Source of the DNA: a virus
Lineage: Duplodnaviria > Caudoviricetes
Direction: 5' to 3' (one strand)
Virus record (IMG/VR): IMGVR_UViG_3300048855_000061
Location: 1 to 51,091 of that record
DNA length: 51,091 nt
Part shown: in pieces, positions 15,755-24,538 of the stretch
How positions within the stretch are numbered: position 1 is the stretch's first letter
Layout: every line of letters begins with the position of its first letter
Notes under the pieces: generated by a model
Seen by the model: the letters and a program-made list of their open reading frames with translations, nothing else
The model's database searches: none
Told to the model about the DNA's origin: nothing
Position numbers and translations under genes: made by a program

Positions 15755-17046
15755 CGATGATCGTTGCCTTCTCCGATGCCGAGCTACGGCGCCGTGCCGA
15801 AGATCCCGCCGCGGCGCTGATGCGTGATCCACGACACCCTGGGCTGTATTTCCGATTCACCGAAGCACGTCCGCGCGGCACGTGGAGTCTGGTGGTGCGC
15901 AAGAAGTGGCTGCGGATCGGCTCATACCCTGAGTTGTCCGCCAAAGCGGTGCTGGCCGCTCTGCCTGAAACTCGCCAGCGGCTGTCTGCCGATGCAAAGG
16001 CGACCGCCGCCATTTCGCCGTGGGCCACCCTTGGAGAACTGTTGGCCTGGTACAGCGACAGGATGAGTCGCGACCGACATCTATCAGCCAAACGGAAGGC
16101 CACGGCCAAGTCGGCCATCGCCTGTCACCTGATCCCGCGCGTTGGCGACCTGGCGCTGGGTGAAATCGACCGCGCAACGCTGGACACAAAGCTGATGTGG
16201 CCGCTGCAGGAAACTCTGTCGCTGGAATTCGTGCGGCTGATCTTCGCACTGCTGGTGCTGGCCTGCCGCCAAGCGCACACGCTGGGCTCGATCCCGGTCA
16301 ACCCAATGGCGGTTATCAAGTTCAGCGACTTCTCGAAAACCAAGATCAAAGCGAAGTCCGCGCGCCTGCGTGGCGTCCAGGTAGAAGGCTTGCTGGGTCA
16401 ACTGGCGGAAGCCTTCGAACGGCGGCCGGCTCAGGGCATGTTGGCCTTGATGATGCTAAGTCACGGCACACGTGTAGGCGAAACCCGCATGGCGCTCTGG
16501 TCGCACATCAGCCTGGCTGACCGCACGTGGCATCTGCCGGCCGTGCACACCAAGACTCGTGTCGAGCATTCGCTGCCACTCACCGAGCAGGTTTGCGCGC
16601 TGCTGACTCAGTACCGAGCCCGTCAGGCTGCCACCGGTTACACCGGGCAGTACCTGTTCCCAGCCCGACACGGCAAGGGCATGAGTGAAGGGCAAGCCAG
16701 CATGGTGTTCACGCAATTGGGGCAGGGCGAGTGGACCAGCCATGACTTGCGCAAGTTGGCCCGCACCGGCTGGGCAGACCTCGGCATCGACTTCCTGATC
16801 GGCGAGATGCTGATTAACCACGCCATGGGCCACAACGTGCAGGCCTACATCCACACCACCGTGGAGACCCGCAAGCGCGAGGCGCTGGAGAAGTGGCACG
16901 CCCATTTAGACGCTAAGGGATTTAGCGTCATTCACGGGTTGGAGGGAGTCGAAAACAAAGATTCCAGCATTCAGCTACCGGCCACGGCCCACATGGCCTG
17001 CAACCCTATTCAAGAATCAACCATAGGCGAGGTTTCAAAAGCATGA
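15751..17046 (+). CDS. Second tyrosine recombinase in the nin region
   Basis: Arm-binding-like N-terminus (RDPRHPGLYFR..IGSYPELS); GTRVGE, TKT, HDLRK, NH and QAYIH catalytic set. Confidence 0.92.
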   Translation: MTMIVAFSDAELRRRAEDPAAALMRDPRHPGLYFRFTEARPRGTWSLVVRKKWLRIGSYPELSAKAVLAALPETRQRLSADAKATAAISPWATLGELLAWYSDRMSRDRHLSAKRKATAKSAIACHLIPRVGDLALGEIDRATLDTKLMWPLQETLSLEFVRLIFALLVLACRQAHTLGSIPVNPMAVIKFSDFSKTKIKAKSARLRGVQVEGLLGQLAEAFERRPAQGMLALMMLSHGTRVGETRMALWSHISLADRTWHLPAVHTKTRVEHSLPLTEQVCALLTQYRARQAATGYTGQYLFPARHGKGMSEGQASMVFTQLGQGEWTSHDLRKLARTGWADLGIDFLIGEMLINHAMGHNVQAYIHTTVETRKREALEKWHAHLDAKGFSVIHGLEGVENKDSSIQLPATAHMACNPIQESTIGEVSKA

Positions 17047-17357
17047 AAAAGAGCCATGGCCCTGCCTTCCGCAAAGAATTGAAGCCACTGATGGAGTGCA
17101 GCACCTGTCGCGGCGCCGGCGTCGTCAGCGGGGTTTTCCATCAGCTTGATTGCACGGCCTGCAACGCCTCAGGCTGGGTCGATCAGTCGACGGGTGACGC
17201 GCTGCCGTTGGAGGACCTGGTGCCGCAACTGAACATGAGGCTGCGCAACACGGCAGCCGAGCTGAACCGGTTACGGCACAGTCAGGGCGGCGCGCACGAG
17301 CAATACGAACAGAACAACCGCCGCGGTGCCGGCGGCACGAACTACACAGGGGATTGA
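17043..17357 (+). CDS. Zinc-finger (CxxCxGxG) phage protein
   Basis: CSTCRGAG and CTACNASG. Confidence 0.75.
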   Translation: MKKSHGPAFRKELKPLMECSTCRGAGVVSGVFHQLDCTACNASGWVDQSTGDALPLEDLVPQLNMRLRNTAAELNRLRHSQGGAHEQYEQNNRRGAGGTNYTGD

Positions 17358-17361
17358 ACGT

Positions 17362-17751
17362 ATGATGATTAGAAAGCCCTTACACCGCCCCCTTGGGGAC
17401 ACTGAGTATCTACTCGAGCAATGGGGTTGGTGGCGGATGGATGGGGTGGGCGTGCCGGGCTATGTGTCTCCAGCGCTCGCGCTGATTCGGCGCGAGATGC
17501 CGCAGTCATGGTCAGCAATTAGCTACTGCATCACAGACGACTGGGCGCTGGTGATTGATGAGGCGGTGGCTAGGCTTACAGTACGTGACCAGCAGATGGG
17601 CGATATTGCGTGGCTATATTTTGGAGCGAAATGGCCGATGACTCGAGTAGGAAAGCATTACGGGCTAAGTGAGGGTAAAACGAGAGAGCTCGCCCGCGCA
17701 GCGGCTGCATGGGTAGACTGTGCTTTGACCTCCTTAAGGCAAAAGCTCTGA
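17362..17751 (+). CDS. Q: Late antiterminator Q
   Basis: LLEQWGWW, ITDDWALVIDEAVARL and C-terminal HTH; last early gene before lysis genes. Confidence 0.88.
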   Translation: MMIRKPLHRPLGDTEYLLEQWGWWRMDGVGVPGYVSPALALIRREMPQSWSAISYCITDDWALVIDEAVARLTVRDQQMGDIAWLYFGAKWPMTRVGKHYGLSEGKTRELARAAAAWVDCALTSLRQKL

Positions 17752-17821
17752 CCTGTAAAATTTGTTACTTAGCAGGATATGGTTCGCTCGCTGCCATATC
17801 CTACGCAATGCGGTGGCAAGT

Positions 17822-19621
17822 CTACTTGCAAGCGTCTCTAAGGGGTTGAGAAACGATACGCTCGATACGTTTTTTTCTGATTCCAATTGCGTTTTTACGC
17901 TGGTGGTCCAGCAGCTCTACTACTTTTCTAAGCCAGTTTTTTTCCGACTTCAAGGCCGAATTATGATCTATGCCTAAATACCTGTTTTCCAGTCCGCGAC
18001 TTATATAACCCCAGTTACTCGCAGAGGATCCCATCCATTCCTGAACGAATTCGCCAGGATCAATAGATGCGAGCACGTCGATTCGCGCATAGGTGTTATC
18101 CCCGCTAAAAGTATAGCTTATCTTGCGGGCAAATAAGGCGCCGTCGGCTGATACTAGTTTCAGCAGATCTTTAGCAATGGCCGGATAAAGATTTTTGGAA
18201 GCTTTCGAGCGCGCCGCCGCTAAATGCTCTAGAACCATATTGAAGTTCAATCTGTAGCTATCTTCTACCCAGAAGGCATGGCCTTTATGGGCATATGGAT
18301 ATTCATTATATGCCGGGTCAATAATGTTTGGTGACAGTTTATCTCTTTCGAGAAGATCGCTTATGTATTCTTTGCAGTCAGCCTCAGTTTGCTGGAAGTT
18401 TGCGGTGATCATCCCCATCTCGGCCATAAGAAAGCGGAGTGCGAAAATGTGAAGCATCTCGCCTATATCGTCAATTTCTCGTCTGTCGAATTGCTCTTTT
18501 AGCTGGCCCGCGGCGTTGTTGGAGTCAATATCACTGACCTCGTCGAATTTCATAAAAACTAGCCAAGGAGGAAGATCGCTAATTCTGGCAAAGTGAAGGC
18601 TTTCGTCCAACGACTCATGTATTTCTGAACGTGTGTAAATCCCTTTAATTAAAAGATTTATGAGCGCCTCGTCTTTTAAGATTCGATTCCCAAGGTCTAT
18701 TCTGTCATATCGCTCATTTGCGGTATAAATTGGAGGTATAGGTGAGGGCTCGGCATTTCGAGATCGCTCCATTTGAAAGCGTATTATCGCTCCACTACGA
18801 TCGACTAGGTCCTGTTCTCTGAGTCTGCCCGACCTAATCTCAAGGCTCAGCGCAAGAAATAGCAGGCAGAGTTCGCGCATTGCTTCTTTTTTCGCTTTAT
18901 GAATTTCTGAAAGCTTTTCGAAAAGGCGACTCAAGTCTTCTAGCGTATGCTTGAGTATTCGGAGTGAATGTGTTTCCGATTGTTTAAATACGTCCAGAAT
19001 GTCGGTCTTAATTGTTCTGAGGAGCATTTGGGTCTCGGGTTCTTCGAGACGTTCAATGAAGCTGTCAAATGCTTTTGATATTTCTGGTATGATTTGGATG
19101 GTTTGCCCGAAAACTTTCTCTTTGGTGTCTTGTAGGTCTGTTGAGATTTTTTCGTCATGAGCTATTACAATGACCCGGCACGCATGATGTTCAATGTATT
19201 TATTGAATACACTGAGCAGATCTTTTGTCGGAATACTACTCCTCTCTAGATCGTCAAATACTAGTATTCTGTCAGCATCTACTTGTTCGCGCAAAATAGC
19301 GCCCACTATTCCAGATACAATCCCGCCGATATTGAATTTCGCGATTTGAAGATCCAGCTCAGTACCATCGATGGTGTTGGCGGTTTTGCGGGCCATTGAT
19401 TTCAGGGGGAACATTTTTGCGTACACTGCTGAGTAAACTTCGTCTGTCGTCTGTGTGCCAAAAAGACTGATATAAAAAATTTCTTCGTCAGGAAATATGC
19501 TTTTTATCTGATATGTTTTTCCAGCCCCCCAAGCGCCTGTGACCAAGACTCCGTAATTAGGGTTTTTCAGTGATTTGTAATATTCGAGATATGTCTCTAG
19601 GTGCGATTTCTGGTCAGGCAT
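17822..19621 (-). CDS. KAP-family P-loop NTPase (cargo)
   Basis: Walker A LVTGAWGAGKT, Walker B ILVFDDLER, KEKVFG; AT-rich and antisense to the phage operon. Confidence 0.88.
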   Translation of the reverse strand: MPDQKSHLETYLEYYKSLKNPNYGVLVTGAWGAGKTYQIKSIFPDEEIFYISLFGTQTTDEVYSAVYAKMFPLKSMARKTANTIDGTELDLQIAKFNIGGIVSGIVGAILREQVDADRILVFDDLERSSIPTKDLLSVFNKYIEHHACRVIVIAHDEKISTDLQDTKEKVFGQTIQIIPEISKAFDSFIERLEEPETQMLLRTIKTDILDVFKQSETHSLRILKHTLEDLSRLFEKLSEIHKAKKEAMRELCLLFLALSLEIRSGRLREQDLVDRSGAIIRFQMERSRNAEPSPIPPIYTANERYDRIDLGNRILKDEALINLLIKGIYTRSEIHESLDESLHFARISDLPPWLVFMKFDEVSDIDSNNAAGQLKEQFDRREIDDIGEMLHIFALRFLMAEMGMITANFQQTEADCKEYISDLLERDKLSPNIIDPAYNEYPYAHKGHAFWVEDSYRLNFNMVLEHLAAARSKASKNLYPAIAKDLLKLVSADGALFARKISYTFSGDNTYARIDVLASIDPGEFVQEWMGSSASNWGYISRGLENRYLGIDHNSALKSEKNWLRKVVELLDHQRKNAIGIRKKRIERIVSQPLRDACK

Positions 19622-19885
19622 TTTTTTCTCGATAGTGATTCGTAATGTAGGTTTATGGGTCACGATTCAACGTTGGGCGGTAGGGTGCGCTATGAACGCT
19701 GGATTTATTGCAAGCATTTTCTGTGACTAGGTCAAAGTTTTATCTCATCCAAGTCTCTAGTTACTCGCTACCCAAAAAAAGTTTTCCGCGCGGAATAAGT
19801 CTGTTTTCATAGCACCGTGGAGTGCTCTGCAGCCGCGCGACGCAAGCTGTGTGTCTTGAGTGTAGTTCACTTTCTTCATTTGAGG

Positions 19886-19911
19886 AGCCTCGGCATATGC
19901 CGGGGGTTTCT
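19886..19911 (+). terminator. tR'-like hairpin before the lysis genes
   Basis: GCCTCGGCA-TA-TGCCGGGGGT followed by T-rich sequence. Confidence 0.5.
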
Positions 19912-19994
19912 CGTTTCAGTCGGCACACCACTCGCACCTAGCCGGAGTGCTGCAGGGCTGACCTATCCCCGATCCCGAAAGGGCGGACTGTCGG

Positions 19995-20324
19995 ATGTTG
20001 ACGAAGATGCCGGAAAAAACACCTGACTTCTGGGCTCACGTCTGGCTGATCGTAACTACTCCGCTCTGGCAAGGAGCGATCATGGCCGCAACCATTTCGT
20101 TATTGCGCGTGCTGTACGAAGGTAAAGAAGCCAACAAGTGGCGCGTTGTGCTCGAGGCGCTGATCTGCGGCGCGCTGAGCCTGTCAGCCAGCAGCGTCAT
20201 CGAATGGATGGCGTGGCCGTCGAGCCTGTCTGTCGCCGCCGGCGGCACCATCGGGTTCATCGGCGTTACCGCGATCCGCGAACTGATCATCCGTTTCCTC
20301 GGCCGCAAGGCGGATTCACTATGA
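19995..20324 (+). CDS. Holin, lambda S family, dual start
   Basis: Three hydrophobic segments, EALICGAL and IGFIGV motifs, basic tail; N-terminus MLTKMPEK. Confidence 0.9.
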   Translation: MLTKMPEKTPDFWAHVWLIVTTPLWQGAIMAATISLLRVLYEGKEANKWRVVLEALICGALSLSASSVIEWMAWPSSLSVAAGGTIGFIGVTAIRELIIRFLGRKADSL

Positions 20325-20752
20325 GCCTCGAACCTGTTGTCGCAGTAGCCAAGGTCGGTTCCACGTTGCGAGCTATCGCGGTCGCCATTGTGATTGTGAT
20401 CGTGATGAGCCTGCTGATCGCGATCCAGCAGATCCGAGTGGTCAAGCTGCAGGGTGCCGTCAGTGTCGAGGCCAATGCTAAGCAGGAAGCCGTCGATGCC
20501 AACAAGGACAGCCAGGCCACGATCACCACGCTGCGCGCCGAGGCAGAGCGCAACGCCAAATACGCCGCCGACCTCAACAAACGCATCAAGGCCAGCGAAG
20601 ACAAGGCCAAAAAGGCCAAGAAGGATTTCGATGATCTCAAGCGCCACAGCAAACCTGTTCGTGATTGGGCTGCTCAGCCTTTGCCTGACGGGCTGCGCGG
20701 CAAAGCCGCAAGTGGTAACAAAGACAACAGCCATAAGACTGGAAGCCCCTGA
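20321..20752 (+). CDS. i-spanin (Rz-like)
   Basis: N-terminal TM, coiled coil, VRDWAAQPLP C-terminus. Confidence 0.85.
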   Translation: MSLEPVVAVAKVGSTLRAIAVAIVIVIVMSLLIAIQQIRVVKLQGAVSVEANAKQEAVDANKDSQATITTLRAEAERNAKYAADLNKRIKASEDKAKKAKKDFDDLKRHSKPVRDWAAQPLPDGLRGKAASGNKDNSHKTGSP

Positions 20753-20900
20753 GCTGATCCCGTGCGAGCGGGTCAATGCAGATGACACTGACCTGCGTGA
20801 CAACGGCGATGTGTGGGAACTGAAGGATCAGGCCATCAAGCTGCTCGACACGTGCGCCGACCAGGTCGATGCGCAGATCGTCCGCAGCCAAAGCAAGTGA
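20631..20900 (+). CDS. o-spanin lipoprotein (Rz1-like), overlapping the i-spanin
   Basis: Lipobox LLSLCLTGC; +1 frame overlap; exact start uncertain. Confidence 0.8.
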   Translation: MISSATANLFVIGLLSLCLTGCAAKPQVVTKTTAIRLEAPELIPCERVNADDTDLRDNGDVWELKDQAIKLLDTCADQVDAQIVRSQSK

Positions 20901-21025
20901 AGAAATCCTGGTACGTCACCGTGCCGGGTTATCCACCATGTCCCATGATCATGCCGGAAGACCACGACCATGCTGGCGCGCTGGCCGTTGCCCGCTGCAT
21001 CTGGCCTAACTGCTCCGTCATCTAA
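20897..21025 (+). CDS. Small hypothetical protein
   Basis: GTG coupled to the o-spanin stop; 42 aa. Confidence 0.5.
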   Translation: MKKSWYVTVPGYPPCPMIMPEDHDHAGALAVARCIWPNCSVI

Positions 21026-21034
21026 GGTGGTTCG

Positions 21035-21760
21035 ATGATTCGTGTTCAGTCCTCAGGCTTGGCCGACAACCTCACCGAGCTGACCGACATCGAGCGCAAC
21101 CAGATCCCGTTCGCCACCGTCCTCGCACTTACCGAAACCGCCAAGCTGATTAAGGCCAGGCTTGAAGGTGAGATGACCACGGTGTTTGATCGGCCCACGC
21201 CCTACACCCTCGATAGTCTTCGACTGATCCCGGCGACCAAGCAGAAGCTTGAGGCCAGGGTATGGATCAAGGATGAGGCAGACGGGGCAGCGCCAGCGAC
21301 CAAGTGGCTGACTCCCGAGGTCTACGGCGGCGACCGTAACCACAAGCGCAGCGAGGGTTTGCTGCGAGCGCGGGGCATTCTTCCTGATGGCAAGTTCATC
21401 GTGCCGGGCAAGGGGATGAAGCTCGACAGCTACGGCAACATCGGCCGCGGTCAGTTGCAGAAGATCCTGTCCGGGCTAGGCGCTCAGGGCGATCGGCTGC
21501 AGAACAGCACCGACAGCAAGCGCAGCGCTGGCAACCGCAGTCGCTTCTTCGTTCTTAAGCGCGGCCGGCAAGCCATCGGCATCGCCGAGCGAACCGGCAC
21601 GAAGCGCTCCGACATTCAGATACTGATCGCCTTCATCAGCAAACCCGGCTATGCCAAGACGCTCGACTTCTTCGGCATCGGTGAGCGTGAGGCGCAGGCG
21701 CAGCTTCCAATTCAGTTCGAGAGAGCTTTCGACAAGGCACTGGCAACTCGCCGGCGGTGA
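21035..21760 (+). CDS. Conserved phage protein upstream of terminase
   Basis: QIPFATVLALTETA, FDRPTPYT, GGDRNHKRSE and KLDSYGNI motifs, typical of this position. Confidence 0.8.
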   Translation: MIRVQSSGLADNLTELTDIERNQIPFATVLALTETAKLIKARLEGEMTTVFDRPTPYTLDSLRLIPATKQKLEARVWIKDEADGAAPATKWLTPEVYGGDRNHKRSEGLLRARGILPDGKFIVPGKGMKLDSYGNIGRGQLQKILSGLGAQGDRLQNSTDSKRSAGNRSRFFVLKRGRQAIGIAERTGTKRSDIQILIAFISKPGYAKTLDFFGIGEREAQAQLPIQFERAFDKALATRRR

Positions 21761-21785
21761 CGCCTCCCCACCGGTCAGGTGGAGT

Positions 21786-21849
21786 GGGTCCTTCCCGGCC
21801 ACCCCCCGGGGTGAGGGTAATTCGAGCCCCGACTTTCCACTATTTATGA
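21786..21849 (+). other. cos packaging site
   Basis: GGGTCCT (lambda cosQ) at 21786 and CTATTTATGA at 21840, directly upstream of terS. Confidence 0.8.
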
Positions 21850-21894
21850 CTTTTTTTGAGGGCGGGGCGGTTCCGGTTCCGGTTCGGGTGAAAA

Positions 21895-22428
21895 ATGGCG
21901 AGTCAGATTGAAATCGCAGCCCATCTTGACCTCAGCGACCGCCAGATCAGAAATTTAGTCGCGGACGGCGTTTTACCGGCGTCTCGTGGTCGTGGCGGCA
22001 TGGATTTGGATGCGTGCCGACTGGCATACATCGGCTATTTGCGGGGATTGGGCAGCGGGCAAGTGAAACCGGAAGTCCCCCCGACAGAAGTGGCCGGAAT
22101 AGACCCGCTCATTGAGTACAAGCTGATGGAGGAGCGGCGCGGGCTCACTGCTGCTCAGCGTGTCGGCCAGGAGAACAAAAACGCCGTCCAGGCCCGACAG
22201 CTCGTTCCCGTTGATTTCAGCACCTTCGCGCTGTCGCGCATGGTTGAGCAGATCGGTTCTGTGCTCGACACCGTCACGCACAAAGTTAAACGCAAGCATC
22301 CCGACATCGAGGTGCGTCATGTAGAGGCGATGCAGCGAGAAATCGCGCTGGCCCGGAATATCGCCTCCGACCTGGGCGATCACCTGCCCGAGATCCTTGA
22401 TGAGTACCTCGCCACCTTGGATGAATGA
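21895..22428 (+). CDS. Terminase small subunit (Nu1-like)
   Basis: N-terminal wHTH (SQIEIAAHLDLSDRQIRNL); precedes terL. Confidence 0.9.
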   Translation: MASQIEIAAHLDLSDRQIRNLVADGVLPASRGRGGMDLDACRLAYIGYLRGLGSGQVKPEVPPTEVAGIDPLIEYKLMEERRGLTAAQRVGQENKNAVQARQLVPVDFSTFALSRMVEQIGSVLDTVTHKVKRKHPDIEVRHVEAMQREIALARNIASDLGDHLPEILDEYLATLDE

Positions 22429-24307
22429 TCTGCGTAAAGCGATCAAGGCCGGGCTGCAAGCGCTTTTTAAGGAACCCCCGCTTACTTGCGTCGATTGGGC
22501 TGACAAGCATTTTTATCTGTCGTCCGAGTCCTCGTATCAAGAGGGCAAGTGGGAAACGGCGCCGTTCCAGGTGGCTCTGCTGAACAGCATGGGCAATGAC
22601 CTGATCATGTTTTTCAACCTGATGAAGTCAGCGCGGGTCGGCTACACGAAGATGTTGATGGCCAACGTCGGCTACAAGGTTCAGCACAAGCGTCGGAGCG
22701 TTGCGGTTTTCTCTCCCACCGACCCCGACGCCGAAGATTTGATGAAACAGCACATCGAGACGATGGTGCGCGACGTTCCGACGTTGCTGGACCTGGCCCC
22801 GTGGTACGGGAAGAAGCACCGCGACAGCTCATTGAGCTCGAAGCGCTTCGCGAACAAGAAGATGCTCTGGTGCAGGGGCGGCAAGGCCAGCCGTAACTAC
22901 CGAGGCATCTCGGCTGACGAAGTGGTGTACGACGAGCTGTCGAACTTCGAGCAAAACGTGGAGGGTGAAGGTGCACCAACTTTCCTCGGCGACAAGCGAC
23001 TCGAAGGCGCCACGTTCAAGAAGTCCATACGAGGCTCCACGCCCAAGATCAAAGGCACATGCCAGATCGAGAAGGCGGCGGAGGAGTCGCCATATCTGTT
23101 GCGGTTCAACATCCCATGTCCGTCCTGCGGCAAAGAGCAGCACCTGAAGTGGGGCGGTAAGGATTGTGATTTTGGCATCAAGTGGGAGCGAGACGAGCAC
23201 GGCGAGATATCGAAGGCCTGGTATGTCTGCGAGCACACGCACTGCGTGGTCTGGTACCACGAGATGGTGGAAGCCGCGCATCGTGGCCGGTGGATCTGCG
23301 AAAAATCAGCTATATGGACTCGCGACGGGATCGACTGGTATGGCGCGGACGATGAGCTGCGGGCAACTCCGCGCAGCGTCAGCTTTCACGTCTGGACCGC
23401 TTACAGCACGTTCACGACCTGGCTGGAAATGGTCCTCGAGTTCGACAAGGTAAAGGACAATCGGGAAAACCTGATCGCCTTCGTCAACACCACCCTCGGC
23501 GAAACGTGGGAGGACGACCAAGGCGAGAAGGTTGATTGGGAGCTGCTCTACGGGCGCCGCGAGGTGTATCCCCAGGTGCCAGCGCGCGGTTTGACGCTCA
23601 TGGGCGCGATCGACACGCAAGATGATCGGTACGAAGGCCGTGTCTGGGCATTTGGCCAGGGCGAGGAAGCTTGGCTTGTTGATAAATGGGTGCTCATGGG
23701 TGACCCGGCGAGCGAAGAGCTGCGCAAAAAGGTCAGGCTCAAAGTTCGTCAGCAGTACGCCCGCGCCGATGGCGCAAAGATGGGCGTCGAGCGCTGGTGC
23801 TGGGACTCCGGCGGTCACTACACGGACGAGGTCTACGCCGAAAGCAGAGCCTTGGGCGATACCTGGGTGATTCCGGTCAAGGGTGCGAACGTTCCCGGCA
23901 AGCCGATCGCCAACTGGCCGAAGTCACGCAATGCCAAAAAGGTCTATCTCACCGAGGTCGGTACCGAGAACGCCAAAGAACTGATCTACAGCCGCCTGAA
24001 AATCCAGCCGGACACTTCAGGGGTTGCTGTGCCGGGCTGCGTGCACCTCCCCGCGAACGATGAGATTTGCGGAGAGGACGAACTAAAGCAGCTCACCGCC
24101 GAAACCAAAGAACTGAAGATCGAGAAGGGCAAGCGCGTTTACCGGTGGACCGCCAAAGGCCGCCGGAACGAGGCGCTCGACTGTTTCGTGTATGCCTTGG
24201 CGGCGCTGCGCATCAGCCAGCACCGCTTCGGTCTGGATCTGGAGATGCTGGCAGGCGCCAAGCGCCGATTGCCACAACGAGGAACCCGGAGCCGGGCCAG
24301 AGGATAA
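22400..24307 (+). CDS. Terminase large subunit (gpA family)
   Basis: KSARVGYTKML, YDELS, GSTPK, IDTQDDR, WDSGG and RNEALDC motifs. Confidence 0.96.
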   Translation: MSTSPPWMNDLRKAIKAGLQALFKEPPLTCVDWADKHFYLSSESSYQEGKWETAPFQVALLNSMGNDLIMFFNLMKSARVGYTKMLMANVGYKVQHKRRSVAVFSPTDPDAEDLMKQHIETMVRDVPTLLDLAPWYGKKHRDSSLSSKRFANKKMLWCRGGKASRNYRGISADEVVYDELSNFEQNVEGEGAPTFLGDKRLEGATFKKSIRGSTPKIKGTCQIEKAAEESPYLLRFNIPCPSCGKEQHLKWGGKDCDFGIKWERDEHGEISKAWYVCEHTHCVVWYHEMVEAAHRGRWICEKSAIWTRDGIDWYGADDELRATPRSVSFHVWTAYSTFTTWLEMVLEFDKVKDNRENLIAFVNTTLGETWEDDQGEKVDWELLYGRREVYPQVPARGLTLMGAIDTQDDRYEGRVWAFGQGEEAWLVDKWVLMGDPASEELRKKVRLKVRQQYARADGAKMGVERWCWDSGGHYTDEVYAESRALGDTWVIPVKGANVPGKPIANWPKSRNAKKVYLTEVGTENAKELIYSRLKIQPDTSGVAVPGCVHLPANDEICGEDELKQLTAETKELKIEKGKRVYRWTAKGRRNEALDCFVYALAALRISQHRFGLDLEMLAGAKRRLPQRGTRSRARG

Positions 24308-24309
24308 GC

Positions 24310-24537
24310 ATGAGCAACATTGCACTTGTTTCAGCTGCACAAGTACGGCTCGCCGCCGTTCAAGAGGCCATTGCGAAGATCCTCAAGGGTGGTCAGAGCG
24401 TTCGCTACGGCGAGCGCCAAGTCACCCGCGCGGATTTGGGGATGTTGCGCAAGCTCGAAATAGATTACGCGGCCGACGTGGCCGCAGAGGCGAACCGCGG
24501 TCGCGGGCGCAATCGAATCAGCTACATGAGGATCTGA
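24310..24537 (+). CDS. Head completion protein gpW-like
   Basis: Small gene between terL and portal; GQSVRYGERQVTRADL. Confidence 0.8.
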   Translation: MSNIALVSAAQVRLAAVQEAIAKILKGGQSVRYGERQVTRADLGMLRKLEIDYAADVAAEANRGRGRNRISYMRI

Positions 24538-24538
24538 C

